Shown: positions 1 to 13,102 of the stretch, piece after piece
How the letters are laid out: each line of letters starts with the position of its first letter
Position numbering within the stretch: position 1 is the stretch's first letter
Assembly: GCA_947258845.1 (NCBI GenBank)
Contig: CAMYJZ010000001.1
Coordinates: 226-64,225, forward strand
DNA length: 64,000 nt
Reading direction: 5' to 3'
DNA from: an uncultured Ectothiorhodospiraceae bacterium
Lineage (GTDB): Bacteria > Pseudomonadota > Gammaproteobacteria > UBA9214
The notes under the pieces: generated by a model
What the model was told of the DNA's origin: nothing
The model's database searches: none
What the model saw: the letters and a program-made list of their open reading frames with translations, nothing else
Position numbers and translations under genes: made by a program

Positions 1-424
1 TGGTGTGGATATCGAGGAATTGCCCCGGTTCGCCCCTGAGCGATCCCAGGGCGGTGCCTCTTAGCGTGACCCTGGCCGTATCTCCCTCGATGTCCACCAC
101 GGGATCATCCAGGCCGATTTCGAGGGTGGTGATCCTGTTGCGGGCACTGAGGATTATTCGCTCCAGTTCATGATGGTCGGGTACTTCGGTGATGCCGTAG
201 CCGGCACTGGTGAGGTCATACAGCGTGTAATCGGTAAAATGCCGGGCGATCTCCCGGGTCCGGGTGAGCTGCTGGATGCCGCTCTCCGCTGCGGTGATTT
301 CCGCCAGGTCGCGGAGGCGCTCGAGCTGTTTAAGGATTTCCTTCTCGTCATCGACCATCATCAACGGCACTGCGATCAACGCAGCCACCCCGGCCAGGGC
401 AAGCAACCAGTACCTGCTCAGCAT
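1..424 (-). CDS. hypothetical exported/membrane-anchored protein, partial (C-terminus beyond window start); N-term MLSRYWLLALAGVAALIAVPLMMVDDEKEILKQLERL...
   Basis: Reverse-strand reading frame is open from the ATG at 424..422 to the window edge. It has a hydrophobic N-terminal signal/anchor and mixed composition. The competing + strand ORF 170..694 is Pro/Gly/Arg-rich junk. Not in the ORF track because it has no stop within the window. Confidence 0.35.
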   Translation of the reverse strand, partial: MLSRYWLLALAGVAALIAVPLMMVDDEKEILKQLERLRDLAEITAAESGIQQLTRTREIARHFTDYTLYDLTSAGYGITEVPDHHELERIILSARNRITTLEIGLDDPVVDIEGDTARVTLRGTALGSLRGEPGQFLDIHT

Positions 425-491
425 GGTGTCTCTGCGCTGGCTGCCGGACCTGACAGGGTGCGGGTGCCATGGGGTGTTGCCGGCATTCGGG

Positions 492-1097
492 TCATGTCCC
501 CTTGCTCTGGATCAGGTACCACTGTACCAGCTGCGCGGCCAGTGCCTCGGCAGCTGACTGCTGCCCGTTTGCCTGCAACCATTCCACGGCCCAGCGGTGC
601 CCCCAGGCGCTGGCATTGCTGTTGCTGGGCGGCTGGCCGGTCTGCCGGGTTTCGGCCAGGAACAGGAAGATCGCCCGTGCCAGTGCATGTATAGTCGCCG
701 ACTGCCTGTCAGGATAACGCCACTCGCACAGCCCCCGTGTGGTGTAGCGTTGCCTTGCACCGCGTCGCCGCCGCAGGGGTTGTGCCGGCACGCGTCCCCA
801 GCCGCGCTCCAGGGCCGGGTAATCCATGCCCTGCCAGACATTCACCTTGATCCGGTACTTGTGCCGGGGTAGTGGCGGCCCGGTATCGACGTAGCGCACC
901 CGCGGGGGCCAGCAGACGCTCAGGGTAGCCGGTGGACAATCACCGGCAATCCGTGGCTTGTGTTGTTCCTCGGTCATGGGGTAGATGCGAATCCAGTCCA
1001 GCAGGCCGGTGTCGTAGAGCGCCAGTTTGTCGAGGATGAAATCAACGGCAGCGGATGCCTCCGTTCTGTCGCGGACTGACAATACTGGATCGGGCAT
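492..1097 (-). CDS. hypothetical protein (201 aa), no recognisable domain
   Basis: ORF track; high third-position GC typical of real genes here; same strand and immediately upstream of the 1..424 gene. Confidence 0.4.
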   Translation of the reverse strand: MPDPVLSVRDRTEASAAVDFILDKLALYDTGLLDWIRIYPMTEEQHKPRIAGDCPPATLSVCWPPRVRYVDTGPPLPRHKYRIKVNVWQGMDYPALERGWGRVPAQPLRRRRGARQRYTTRGLCEWRYPDRQSATIHALARAIFLFLAETRQTGQPPSNSNASAWGHRWAVEWLQANGQQSAAEALAAQLVQWYLIQSKGT

Positions 1098-1427
1098 GGA
1101 ACACCTCCAGGCATGCAGACGCCATGGTTGATCTCAGATCATATTGAATCACATAACAAAAAAACACCGGCAGACCGCATTTGTATTCTGTCTTCAAGCG
1201 CAAAACACACCCCGGATGCAGTGCCGGTATGGGGGTGTCTGCGACCTAGGTCCAATGGACAGCAACCCGTATTTTCATAAGAATATAAACAAGATAGTGC
1301 ATTGCAGCTGGACCGGCCCTGGCGGTGCCGGGGCTGCGGCTTCGCACGGGCAGGCTGTGGAACTATAATAGCTGGCAGTAACAATAACAGTTGCCTGACA
1401 AATAATAACTCCTGCTGTACAACAAAG

Positions 1428-3266
1428 ATGGACTGGCAAAAAACATTAACAACAATAAAGCAGTATGCCTTCCCGAGGAAAGCCGCGCTGGAACGCGAGC
1501 TGTCTGCCACACAGGGGGAGAACCAGGTCCTGTCCGCGGAACTGGAGCGTGCGCGCCATGAACTCCAGAGCACCCTCAGCAAAGACGCGCAGCAGATCAG
1601 CGATCTGCGCCAGCAGCTAGGCAATATTCAATTCGAACACAGTGCAGCGCGCCACCAGGCGCAGTTGCTCGAGGCCTCCCTGCAACAGGCCTCGCAGCGC
1701 CAGGCAAGTACCGAACAGCAACTGCAATCGCTGGAGAGCAGCCTGGAGCAGGAACGCAGCCAGGCGCGGCAGCTGGAGGCGTCGCTTGAACAGGCATCAC
1801 GGCGCCAGGCGGGCACCGAGCAGCAGCTGGAGGCGCTGGAAGGCAAGCTGGAACAGGAGCGCCAGCAACATGAGTCCAGCCTGGGCATGACCCGGGAAAC
1901 ACTGGCCCTGTTGCAGTCCGAACAGCAGAACCTGCTGTCGCTGCAGTCTGACCAGGCAAAGGCATTCAACGAGGTCGGCCGGCAGTTGCTGGAGGCCATG
2001 CAGGCGGCAACGGCCCGACCGCCACGGCCGGTGTTGCAGATGGCGGCTATTGCCGGCCTGCTGATACTGTGCGGCACCCTGGTCGGCACGGTAGCGATGC
2101 GGGGCCTGCAGGAGGGCAGTGATGAACTCGCGCAACTCAACCTGGGCGTCAGGGACATGCACGTCTCCATGGAGCAGCTGTTCAACAATCAGAACGAGAT
2201 CCTGACGGGACTGATTGAGGCGCTTGACAGGGTTGGCGCCCAAGCCGATGTGTCTGATGCCGGGGTCGTCACGGAAGAAGCTGGCGCGGAGGTCCCGGTG
2301 CCCGGTGTGGCCCGGGTAGCGCGCACGCCGGGCAAGCGGTCTGATTACGACAAGTGGGGGCCGCTTTTGCTGATGGAGGGCACAGAGGCAGGGACGGTTA
2401 CCGGCAAGCCCGTGTTCGACCCGGAGGTCAAGGAGCAACAGGTCAACCTGATGGTGCTCGGTTTCAATATTGGCCAGCAGCATGCGGACGGCTTGAAGGG
2501 TTCACAGACACAAAGGGCGCTGGAGGAATTCAGCCTGCTGTATCTGCCGCTGGCGGACAGGCAGGCACAGGCGGCTGCCGATCAGCTGACGCCCCTGCTC
2601 AAAAGCTTCGCCGACCAGGCCAGGGGTGATGAGAAGACCTACCACGTTGACAGCGGTGTACTTGCCGCAATTCGCCTGGGCAGCCTGCACACCGATGTGG
2701 ATTTCTCCTTTCTCATGGAACTTGCCGCCGTAGAGAGCAGCTTTGATCCTGCATCCCGGGCGCGGACTTCCTCGGCTGCCGGGCTTTACCAGTTCAAGGA
2801 AGATACCTGGCTGGAGGTCGTAAAGAAATACGGAGACAAGTACGGGATGGGCTCGTATGCCTCCCAGGTTGAAGAGGTGGTCAGCAGCAAGGGCAGGACG
2901 CAGCCCGTCATCAGGGACCCGGCCGTGCACCGGCATGTGCTCGACCTGCGCTACAACCCGAGAATAGCCACGCTGCTGGCGGCGGAATATGTCAAGCGGA
3001 ACATGCGACGGCTGCTGTATACACTTGACCGGGAGCCGGGCCGTACCGAGCTCTACCTGACCCACTTTCTGGGTGCATCAGGCGCCATTTCATTTCTGAG
3101 GGCATTCTACGAGGACCCCGACCGGGTCGCGCATGATATTTTCCCGGGGGCGGCCAGCCGTAACCGCGGCGTTTTCCGCAAGCGGGACAGCAAGCCCCGT
3201 ACGCTGGCTGAGATCTATGAAATATTCAGCAGGAAATTCAACACCGCGCGCTACGAGGAAGGCTAG
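1428..3266 (+). CDS. bitopic coiled-coil protein with C-terminal lytic transglycosylase (SLT) domain
   Basis: Long Gln/Glu/Leu-rich coiled coil (about 230 aa), then one TM helix (MAAIAGLLILCGTLVGTVAM), then an SLT family-1 motif ...LMELAAVESSFDPASRARTSSAAGLYQF... (catalytic E-S plus AGL(M/Y)Q). Start placed at ATG 1428 (MDWQKTL), in frame with the track ORF 1302, because 1100-1427 is an AT-rich leader. Confidence 0.75.
   Translation: MDWQKTLTTIKQYAFPRKAALERELSATQGENQVLSAELERARHELQSTLSKDAQQISDLRQQLGNIQFEHSAARHQAQLLEASLQQASQRQASTEQQLQSLESSLEQERSQARQLEASLEQASRRQAGTEQQLEALEGKLEQERQQHESSLGMTRETLALLQSEQQNLLSLQSDQAKAFNEVGRQLLEAMQAATARPPRPVLQMAAIAGLLILCGTLVGTVAMRGLQEGSDELAQLNLGVRDMHVSMEQLFNNQNEILTGLIEALDRVGAQADVSDAGVVTEEAGAEVPVPGVARVARTPGKRSDYDKWGPLLLMEGTEAGTVTGKPVFDPEVKEQQVNLMVLGFNIGQQHADGLKGSQTQRALEEFSLLYLPLADRQAQAAADQLTPLLKSFADQARGDEKTYHVDSGVLAAIRLGSLHTDVDFSFLMELAAVESSFDPASRARTSSAAGLYQFKEDTWLEVVKKYGDKYGMGSYASQVEEVVSSKGRTQPVIRDPAVHRHVLDLRYNPRIATLLAAEYVKRNMRRLLYTLDREPGRTELYLTHFLGASGAISFLRAFYEDPDRVAHDIFPGAASRNRGVFRKRDSKPRTLAEIYEIFSRKFNTARYEEG
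1669..1878 (+). repeat. intragenic tandem repeat, 2 x about 105 nt (35-aa units LEASLQQASQRQASTEQQLQSLESSLEQERSQARQ / LEASLEQASRRQAGTEQQLEALEGKLEQERQQ)
   Basis: Direct comparison of the two adjacent units in the sequence and in the translation. Confidence 0.7.
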
Positions 3267-3298
3267 CCCGACTGATCGGCAACGGGCAGAACCGGCTG

Positions 3299-4273
3299 CT
3301 ATGTTGCTCTACCCACCCAGAACGACATGTCCTTGTCGAGGAATTCACTCCACGACATGTAGTGGGTACCGTCACAGGAGAAGGTCAGGCTGATCATTCC
3401 ATTGAAGATGTTGATCGAGGCCGAGCGCAGGTAGAGCGTCTCGTCCACCAGGCGCAACTGGCGCATCCCGTTCAGGATGGGGTCGATGCGATCCTGGGGA
3501 ATGAGTGCATCCCCGGGGTAGGGCCTGCGGCTGTAGAGCAGGCAGACATCCGGATCACCGAGTGCCTCGTGGTCGAGGATGCGGTAGCGATACGGGTCTT
3601 CCATCAGCCAGATGGTCGCGCGACTGCTGGAGAAATGAATTACAGCCTGGAACATGCCGCGTTCGGTCAGCAGTTCTTCGAGGATGGCCATGGCCGATTC
3701 CATGTTGTTGTCCATCAGGCTGTTGATGCGGCATTGCTGGAAGACCGTGCTGCGGATGGCCGGATCACCCTTGATCTGGCGCCAGTCGCGGGACTCCTCG
3801 TAGTGCCCGGCAGTTACCGGCAGGTCGCGCAGGTCGAAATCGGCCCCCAGGAAGCCCAGCATCACGTTATCCCGCCTGACCACCTGCAGGGCCGTCAGCG
3901 AGGGCCTGTTGGCACGCAGGCTGAGGTAGGCATCGGATAGCAGAAAGCCCCAGGACGGGACGGTTTCGCGCATGTAGGGTCGCTGTGAGCGGTCACGCCC
4001 GTAGTGTTCGGGAAGCAGCCCGGTGCTGCTGACGTTGTCGCTGATCTGGATGCCGTTGCTGTCGAGTGCGTACAGGAACACGCAATGCGGTATGCTGCGG
4101 AACCCGTCGGTTAGCACGATATCGAGCTTGTCGCGCTCGCCCCAGGCGGCCGCACAATTTGCGGCCAGCTTGGCCAGCGGCGCGGACAGCAGGTCCGCCA
4201 GCATGAGTCGCTGGTGGTGAATGGCATCTTTCTGGCTCTCCTTCATGGAGGCAAGTGTAATCGCAATCGGCAT
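3299..4273 (-). CDS. hypothetical cytoplasmic protein (324 aa), last gene of the NERD-led three-gene operon
   Basis: ORF track; coding-like composition; 48 bp downstream of the preceding same-strand gene. Confidence 0.6.
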   Translation of the reverse strand: MPIAITLASMKESQKDAIHHQRLMLADLLSAPLAKLAANCAAAWGERDKLDIVLTDGFRSIPHCVFLYALDSNGIQISDNVSSTGLLPEHYGRDRSQRPYMRETVPSWGFLLSDAYLSLRANRPSLTALQVVRRDNVMLGFLGADFDLRDLPVTAGHYEESRDWRQIKGDPAIRSTVFQQCRINSLMDNNMESAMAILEELLTERGMFQAVIHFSSSRATIWLMEDPYRYRILDHEALGDPDVCLLYSRRPYPGDALIPQDRIDPILNGMRQLRLVDETLYLRSASINIFNGMISLTFSCDGTHYMSWSEFLDKDMSFWVGRAT

Positions 4274-4321
4274 ACCGGGCCATTAGCCTGCATCCCCGAT
4301 GCCGGGTTCACCGGCGACTGG

Positions 4322-5233
4322 TCAACGGCCCGGCGCCGTTACGCGTCGGGTCGACTTGCTGATGTAGGTAGCCCGGCGGATATCGGGATCGGCGAGGGCC
4401 CCGGCGGTGCTTTCCAGGAACTGCAGGCTGACCTCCAGTGTGAACTCGCGCCTGGCGCTGCGCTCAAGGTAATCGACGAGTTGCCCGGTATTGGCCCGGT
4501 AGGTCAGTGATGCCGGTATGCCGAGTTCCGGTGTCAGTTGCAACACCTCGCCACCAACGGGCTGCAGGCGCGCATACTGCCGATCGCGCCTGATGGCGGG
4601 GTGGCTGGCATTCAGCGCCACCGTCACCCCGGTATCCGGCGCATTTCCCGTGTTGTCCGTGTGGAGGTGTGCCGTCGTTGCAATGGCATAGGCGCCATAG
4701 ACCGGCGTGTCCGGTGAAAGCGTGAGGGTGACCGCGAGATGCTGCTCCCGGTCGAATGCCGCCGTCAGCGTGCTGATGCGGGCAACAGCATCCGGCTCGA
4801 CCCGGGGTGCCGCGCGGTCGGCGTGGATCTGTCGCACGCTCGCCAGGCAGGCCTGTTGTGAAAAATGCGAGCCGTCAAAAATCAGGGATTGCCGTTCCAC
4901 GACGGCGGCACAGTGCGCCTCGTTCAGCGATGCGATGGCAAGCTCGTGGTAGCACTGTGACCGGTAATAGTAGCTCTGCATGCCGGCTGGATTGAAGATC
5001 AGCCCGGTTGGGCCACAGCGGGGCGGTGTCAGCCGGCAGCGTTCCTCCGCCGGGGTGTCATTTGGTATCAAGTTGTACAGGCTATTGATATTTTCCTTGT
5101 ATTCCCGGCAGGAAATGGGTCCGTCCGTACCGCGTCCCGGAAGGCTGTCCGTCTCGAATGCCCAGAGCAGGGCGAGCAGCAGCAGTCCCGCTGTCAGCCA
5201 CAGCAGGCGGGTGCGTGCAGGGCGTTTTACCAT
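4322..5233 (-). CDS. secreted hypothetical protein (303 aa) with signal peptide and Cys-rich N-terminal region
   Basis: N-term MVKRPARTRLLWLTAGLLLLALLWA is a signal peptide. Eight Cys in the first about 120 mature residues. Same strand, 48 bp gaps on both sides. Confidence 0.6.
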   Translation of the reverse strand: MVKRPARTRLLWLTAGLLLLALLWAFETDSLPGRGTDGPISCREYKENINSLYNLIPNDTPAEERCRLTPPRCGPTGLIFNPAGMQSYYYRSQCYHELAIASLNEAHCAAVVERQSLIFDGSHFSQQACLASVRQIHADRAAPRVEPDAVARISTLTAAFDREQHLAVTLTLSPDTPVYGAYAIATTAHLHTDNTGNAPDTGVTVALNASHPAIRRDRQYARLQPVGGEVLQLTPELGIPASLTYRANTGQLVDYLERSARREFTLEVSLQFLESTAGALADPDIRRATYISKSTRRVTAPGR

Positions 5234-5281
5234 TGATTTATGTCTCCCGGCTGCGAATGGCGGCCGGCCCCGGATAGCGGC

Positions 5282-5869
5282 TCACGATGATGAAACGCAG
5301 AGTTCCTTCCAGGCCGTGCGCAGATCCCCGGGGATATCCTTGTGTTTAGGCCGTGGCGGTTGTTTGCGGATGTCCGCAAGTTGCAGCACGTTGGATGGTT
5401 TGCCCTTGGGAAACTTTGCATTATGGGTAAACAGGTGCAGGCCCCTGACCGGTGTCCCGGGTACAAGGGTACTCACTGCAGTGACCTGTGCATGAAGATG
5501 TCGATCGGGGTTGGGAAACCGGTAGCTGCGTTTGTTGATTACCTGGGTCCACATATCGGTTTTGCTGCTGCCGAAGATCAGCCCGTCAAAGCGCTTCACG
5601 TCGACAACGAGTAGTGCGTCGATGGCCAGCAGCAGATTGTCAATCACGATTTCGCCGCCCAGGCCGTCGGGCAGGCTGATGTTTCGCAGGGACCTGGCGC
5701 CGAGCCGGTTCAGGGCCCGTTTGATCTGGTGCTCCTGGCGCCAGTGGCGCAGGGGCTTGCGGAACAGCACCAGTACCACTGCAAGTGCGACAGCGACAAG
5801 CAGGGCCATCCACAGGTGCAGCTCATTGAGCTGATAACGTTCCATGAGGACAAGTATTGAATCTGGCAT
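5282..5869 (-). CDS. NERD (nuclease-related) domain protein with N-terminal TM anchor
   Basis: TM helix LWMALLVAVALAVVLVLF followed by a NERD-like core ...GEIVIDNLLLAIDALLVVDVKRFDGLIFG...W... Alternative start MERYQ at 5845. Confidence 0.65.
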   Translation of the reverse strand: MPDSILVLMERYQLNELHLWMALLVAVALAVVLVLFRKPLRHWRQEHQIKRALNRLGARSLRNISLPDGLGGEIVIDNLLLAIDALLVVDVKRFDGLIFGSSKTDMWTQVINKRSYRFPNPDRHLHAQVTAVSTLVPGTPVRGLHLFTHNAKFPKGKPSNVLQLADIRKQPPRPKHKDIPGDLRTAWKELCVSSS

Positions 5870-6092
5870 GACCGGCGTGTAATCCTAGTGGAGGTGTTAC
5901 CGAGGGGATGATTCAGGTCTCGCGGGGCTATTCTACGCAATTTTTCAGAACGGGGGCGCCGGGGCTGTCCGTGGCATGAAAAATCAGGACCCTGCGATAG
6001 TCTCAGCCGGCAGCTAGTGGCCTGGCCCCCTGGCATGAGTTGTCTTATGAGAACGGGTTCCGGTAGACCATAGCGGGCGAAATGAACGAATC

Positions 6093-6737
6093 ATGATGGC
6101 GTTTCTCAAGCGGCTGTTCAAGGGAGTAAGCCGGAAAATGGCCGATGTCTTCCTGGGCGAGCCGGTCAGGGAGTGGGGCGTGGTCTATGAGCAGGCCGGT
6201 CGTTTCTTCAAAGAAACCACTTCCATCGACCTCTATCAAAAGAATGGTCAAGCGGTGCTCTGGCTGAAGGTCGCCTACAAGAGCAGGATCAGTTACAACT
6301 CCTACGGCTTCGCGATCAACATCCATGACCTGCACCACTTTGTGAAAACCCTGCAGGCGAGCTGCCGGGAATTGTCCCGACTGGCAGGCATGGCGCGGCC
6401 GCGAGCGACCCGTACACACGACAAGTTGCCGTTTGCGCACCGCCTGCTGCTCAAGGTGATCTTCGGGGTTCGGGCCAGCAAGCTGCTGCTCGATCTGCGC
6501 AACCCGCACACCCGGGCGACGGACTATCGCTTCTACGGCTTCGTCACGCGCACGTCGGGCAAGAAGATCTTCATCCAGTCGGACCTGGATATTTCAAAAG
6601 GGCATGGCACCGTCATTTCCGGCGAGGGCCTCGAGGCCGCCCTGCAGGTGCTGCAGGATTACCTGGACTCGGAGGAGTCGTCGGCCGCGTGGCCCGTTGA
6701 CGTTGCCACTGGCATGCCGGGGCGGGAGACCGGTTAA
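6093..6737 (+). CDS. hypothetical protein (214 aa)
   Basis: ORF track; good coding composition; divergent from the NERD gene. Confidence 0.55.
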   Translation: MMAFLKRLFKGVSRKMADVFLGEPVREWGVVYEQAGRFFKETTSIDLYQKNGQAVLWLKVAYKSRISYNSYGFAINIHDLHHFVKTLQASCRELSRLAGMARPRATRTHDKLPFAHRLLLKVIFGVRASKLLLDLRNPHTRATDYRFYGFVTRTSGKKIFIQSDLDISKGHGTVISGEGLEAALQVLQDYLDSEESSAAWPVDVATGMPGRETG

Positions 6738-6832
6738 AGTCCCGCCCATGACGGCCGAAATATCGGTTGTTACATCAACTGCTTAGTGCCAGCGGACGTC
6801 CCGGTGGCGGGCAGTGACAAAGGACGCATGCC

Positions 6833-7303
6833 GTGGCCACTGATTCAAAACTATCTGACAGATATAATGATTTTTCGCTGGAGCCCCTGAACACGCCGCA
6901 CCGCCGGCGGGTCGAGTCCACCATTCTCGTCGAGCTGCGCCGACACCCGCGGTTCGACACCCGCTTCCCGGCCCGGGCACACGCTGCCAGTGGCGCGGCT
7001 GTGGATGTGTTGATAACCAACATCTCGCAGTCCGGCATACGCCTGGAGGGTGACCTGGAAATGATCCATGCCCTGTTGCCTGGCCTGGAGCACCTGGACC
7101 GGCATGCACCGACGCCAGTACAGCTGGCATTTGTCCTGCCTGACGGGTCGGCTCCACCGACAGGTGTCAAGATGTGCTGCCAGACCGTCTATGTTCGTCC
7201 CTCGGGGGAGGAAAACTTCCAGATCGGCATGATGATCACCGCCTTTGATGAAGGGCGCAATGCCTATGCCGGGTACATCCTGAAGCGCCAGGCCGAATCC
7301 TAG
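6833..7303 (+). CDS. PilZ domain protein (putative c-di-GMP effector)
   Basis: RxxxR-like motif (HRRRVES) and D/NxSxxG motif (ITNISQSGIRLEG). GTG start with an AAGGA RBS-like sequence about 7 nt upstream. Confidence 0.6.
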   Translation: MATDSKLSDRYNDFSLEPLNTPHRRRVESTILVELRRHPRFDTRFPARAHAASGAAVDVLITNISQSGIRLEGDLEMIHALLPGLEHLDRHAPTPVQLAFVLPDGSAPPTGVKMCCQTVYVRPSGEENFQIGMMITAFDEGRNAYAGYILKRQAES

Positions 7304-7430
7304 CCCGCATTGTGCACCAGTCGACCGCGGACCTGTCTCCTTCAAAGACAGCGGGGACGTACACCTGAATGCCGGCCTGGCAGGAAACTCATCAGTAACT
7401 CATAATCGCGGCATTGTGGAACTGCGGGGT

Positions 7431-8282
7431 TCAGGTGGTCTCGAAGGTGTCGCAGTCGTTGATATCACCACTCTTGATGCCGCGCTTGAACCACTTGACC
7501 CGTTGCTCGGAGCTGCCATGGGTGAATGACTCCGGTACCACGTAGCCCTGTGACTCGCGCTGCAGGCGGTCATCGCCGATGGCGCTGGCGGCCCCCAGGG
7601 CCTCCTCGATATCCCCCTGTTCCAGTACCTGGCGGCTGCGATCGGCATGGTTGCCCCAGAGCCCCGCGAAGCAGTCGGCCTGCAGTTCCTGCCTGACCGA
7701 GAGGGTGTTGGCCTCTGTCTTGCCCAGGCCGCGTTGTGCGGAGCGTACCTGCTTGCTGATGCCCAGCAGATTCTGCACATGGTGGCCTATTTCATGCGCA
7801 ATGACATAGGCCTGGGCAAAATCACCGGGGGCACCGTGGCGACGCTTGAGGTCATCGAAGAAGGAGAGGTCGATATAGACCTTCTGGTCGGCCGGGCAAT
7901 AGAACGGGCCCATCGCGGAGCTGGCCATGCCGCAGGCGGAGCTCACCGAACCGCTGAACAGAACCAGGGTCGGTTCCCGGTAGGTTTTTCCGGCCTTTCC
8001 AAAGATGGTTTTCCAGGTGTCCTCGGTATCGGCCAGCACCACGGAGACGAAATCGGCCGCCTGCTGTTCCGCCGCGGTCGGCTTCCAGTCGGGCTGGCTG
8101 ACGGCGGGTCTGCCACCGGTCTGCATCTGCAGGATCTCCAGCGGGTTGATACCGAGGAAATAGCTGGCCACCAGCACCAGCGCTATCGTGCCAACCCCGC
8201 CCTTGAATGCGATTGGCCCGGCGACACGCCTGCCGCGCCGGTCCTCGATATTGGAACTCCTGCGCCCTCTTTTCCAACGCAT
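7431..8282 (-). CDS. ypfJ: YpfJ-family neutral zinc metallopeptidase
   Basis: MRWKRGRRSSNIEDRRG N-terminus and HEIGHH zinc motif typical of the YpfJ family. A GGAGG RBS lies upstream of the internal ATG at 8282, so the track ORF was trimmed from 8315. Confidence 0.85.
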   Translation of the reverse strand: MRWKRGRRSSNIEDRRGRRVAGPIAFKGGVGTIALVLVASYFLGINPLEILQMQTGGRPAVSQPDWKPTAAEQQAADFVSVVLADTEDTWKTIFGKAGKTYREPTLVLFSGSVSSACGMASSAMGPFYCPADQKVYIDLSFFDDLKRRHGAPGDFAQAYVIAHEIGHHVQNLLGISKQVRSAQRGLGKTEANTLSVRQELQADCFAGLWGNHADRSRQVLEQGDIEEALGAASAIGDDRLQRESQGYVVPESFTHGSSEQRVKWFKRGIKSGDINDCDTFETT

Positions 8283-8406
8283 GCTGTCTGCCTCCTGGCC
8301 TGCCAGGTCAATCATTATAGTGGAGACGGGGTGAATGATAATCGCCCGCTGTCAGATCAACCGCGCGCGGATTGCAAAACATTGTGGCCGGTCGCTTCAG
8401 GTGACC

Positions 8407-9408
8407 TTACTCGTAGTCAGGCGCGTAGTTCTCGAGGATCTTGATGTAGTTGGCGCGTTCGAAGGCGCTGGGGTCGAGGCAGTTGGCCTGGCTCATGGCG
8501 CCACGCATCTGGTCCAGCGAGGTGTACTGCTTTTCCTCCATCCAGGCCTGCAGGCCGTCGACCAGGGTGGTGAGGAAGCCGATGCCGTTCCTGAGCAGGC
8601 CCGAGGTGGTCATGACAACGTCGGCACCCGCCATCAGGTACTTGACGACTTCCGCGGGGCTGTGCACGCCGCGTGTGGCCGCGATCGAGGCATTGATGCG
8701 GCCGTATAGCACGGCAATCCAGAGCAGCGGAAGACGTATCTCGGAGGGGGTGCTGAGTTCGAGGTCCGGGACCACCTCCATCCTGTCGAGGTCGAAATCC
8801 GGCTGGTAGAAACGGTTGAACAGTACCAGGGCATCGGCACCCGCCTCGTCGAACTGGCGTGCCATGTTGCCGATGGCGCTGAAGAAGGGGCTCAGTTTGA
8901 GGGCGACCGGGATGGTCACCGATTCCTTCACGGCCTTCAGCACCTCGATGTAGCGCTGCTCGACCTCGCGCCCGGTCATGTAGAGGTGCGCGGGGATGTA
9001 AAAGGTATTGAGCTCGATGGCGCTGGCACCCGCCTCCTGCATCATGCGCGCCGTATTCACCCAGCCCTCGTTGGTGATGCCGTTGAGGCTGCCGATAACC
9101 GGTATGTCGACTGCCTCCGTCGCCTGGCGCAGCAGATTGAGGTATTCGTCCGGGCCGGTATCGTAGTCATCGTAATCCGGAAAATAACTCAGCGACTCGG
9201 CATAGCTCTCGGCGCCCGACGTGATCAGGTGTTCGATGGCGGCGCTCTCGTGTTTGATCTGTTCCTCGAACAGCGAGAACATCACCACGGCCGCGGCGCC
9301 GGCGTCCTCCATGCGCCTTATATTGTCGAGCTTCTCCGCCAGCGGGGAGGCCGATGCGACTATGGGATGCTTGAGCTGCATTCCCATGTAGGTGGTCCGA
9401 AGGTCCAT
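8407..9408 (-). CDS. dihydroorotate dehydrogenase-like (PyrD family 1-like) FMN protein
   Basis: TIM-barrel DHOD/DPD-like motifs (IVASASPL..., ...NTFYIPA..., GADVVMTTSG). Lies 27 bp downstream of the PFOR gene on the same strand. Confidence 0.85.
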   Translation of the reverse strand: MDLRTTYMGMQLKHPIVASASPLAEKLDNIRRMEDAGAAAVVMFSLFEEQIKHESAAIEHLITSGAESYAESLSYFPDYDDYDTGPDEYLNLLRQATEAVDIPVIGSLNGITNEGWVNTARMMQEAGASAIELNTFYIPAHLYMTGREVEQRYIEVLKAVKESVTIPVALKLSPFFSAIGNMARQFDEAGADALVLFNRFYQPDFDLDRMEVVPDLELSTPSEIRLPLLWIAVLYGRINASIAATRGVHSPAEVVKYLMAGADVVMTTSGLLRNGIGFLTTLVDGLQAWMEEKQYTSLDQMRGAMSQANCLDPSAFERANYIKILENYAPDYE

Positions 9409-9435
9409 GGCGTAGTCTCCTGCAATAGCGCTGCT

Positions 9436-13041
<3,606 letters not shown>

Positions 13042-13102
13042 GCTTGCTCCAGGTGCCGGCCATAAACCGGGCAGACCAGCTGCTGCCGGTCCTGATATGT
13101 GC

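Noticed and set aside
170-694. Plus-strand ORF at the window start competing with the minus-strand genes 1..424 and 492..1097
   Set aside because: Translation becomes a Pro/Gly/Arg/Ala-rich low-complexity string. The minus-strand frames have a signal peptide and balanced composition. Retained only at low to moderate confidence.
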